Below are positions 63,658 through 64,000 of a stretch of 64,000 nucleotides of DNA, piece by piece (position 1 is the stretch's first letter; every line of letters starts with the position of its first letter). A program made the translations under genes and the position numbers. Source of the stretch: Candidatus Moraniibacteriota bacterium (GTDB lineage Bacteria > Patescibacteriota > Minisyncoccia > Moranbacterales > UBA2206); NCBI GenBank assembly GCA_026396175.1, contig JAPLXG010000013.1, forward strand, positions 65,267 through 129,266, given 5' to 3'. A model generated the notes under the pieces. That model had not been told where the DNA came from, made no database searches, and saw only the letters and a program-made list of their open reading frames with translations.

Positions 63658-64000
63658 CTAATCTTTTCTGAGTGCTTCCATCGGACTTAACCGCGAAGCC
63701 GCGCGAGCTGGGTAATAGCCGAAGATGACTCCGGTTGCCACGGAAAAACCCACGGCGAGGCTAATCGCATTTACGCTAAGACCAAAATTTATCGGAAAAC
63801 CAAAAGAAGCGGCAGCGTAAGAAAGCACGAGTAGCAAGAGATAGCCTAAAATTATTCCCACCATTCCGCCAAAAAAAGTGATGAAGATCGCTTCCCAGAG
63901 AAACTGGCGCAAAATATTTTTGGCTTTAGCACCAACCGCTTTTCGCAGACCAATCTCAAATGTCCGCTCAGCGACCGCCACATACATCACATTCATAATC
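63658..64000 (-). CDS. ABC transporter permease, FtsX-like (C-terminal part; the gene's 5' end lies beyond the window end)
   Basis: Final two TM helices and a conserved FtsX/MacB-type C-terminal end (...ARAASRLSPMEALRKD). Confidence 0.7.
   Translation of the reverse strand, partial: IMNVMYVAVAERTFEIGLRKAVGAKAKNILRQFLWEAIFITFFGGMVGIILGYLLLLVLSYAAASFGFPINFGLSVNAISLAVGFSVATGVIFGYYPARAASRLSPMEALRKD

Noticed and set aside
1-64000. rRNA genes, prophage structural genes, and transposase genes
   Set aside because: No stretch resembles 16S/23S/5S conserved regions. No capsid, terminase or integrase-like ORFs and no transposase motifs (DDE/HUH) were recognisable in any frame. Mobility here seems limited to non-autonomous palindromic elements and small selfish genes.

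Overview
The window is about 64 kb of a compact bacterial chromosome. Core genes run at roughly 45% GC, and the organism is probably a reduced-genome Patescibacteria/CPR-like lineage; this placement is inferred from gene content and gene sizes and is not proven. Most genes are housekeeping genes packed on the minus strand. They include mreB-mreC, rseP, frr, dnaJ, hrcA-grpE-dnaK with perfect CIRCE operators, mltG, pcm, trxB, trxA, uppS, ftsA, ftsZ, ispH, ybeY, dgkA, rlmN, and a porG-D-A-B pyruvate:ferredoxin oxidoreductase operon. On the plus strand are corA, cysS, dus, dnaB, recR and an Elp3-like gene. There are three tRNA genes (Lys-TTT, Gln-CTG, and a Glu-CTC with an odd T-loop). Four accessory regions stand out. 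(i) An AT-rich block of about 5 kb (23.6-28.7 kb) carries five translationally coupled defence genes: a RadC(JAB)-Dcm fusion, a putative type II restriction endonuclease, Vsr, a minimal SMODS/CD-NTase-like nucleotidyltransferase, and a 2TM effector. This looks like an RM system wired directly to a CBASS-like module. (ii) A GC-rich plus-strand cassette of about 1.2 kb (8.7-9.9 kb) encodes three small Cys/Pro/Tyr-rich proteins, with a textbook consensus sigma70 promoter and a BamHI/EcoRI/SmaI site cluster. (iii) Several families of palindromic repeats occur: roughly 200-bp MITE-like hairpin elements, about 130-bp bipartite elements, and short REP-like palindromes. Many are inserted in frame inside essential genes (smc, dus, elp3, ybeY, grpE, porA, porD), and porB carries a 24-bp in-frame tandem repeat. 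(iv) A tRNA-Lys locus holds degenerate tandem tRNA copies disrupted by palindromes, plus a GIY-YIG gene flanked by direct repeats. Small selfish-type genes (four-helix-bundle proteins, a GxxExxY protein) interrupt the por operon. All functional calls rest on reading motifs by eye; no database searches were run.
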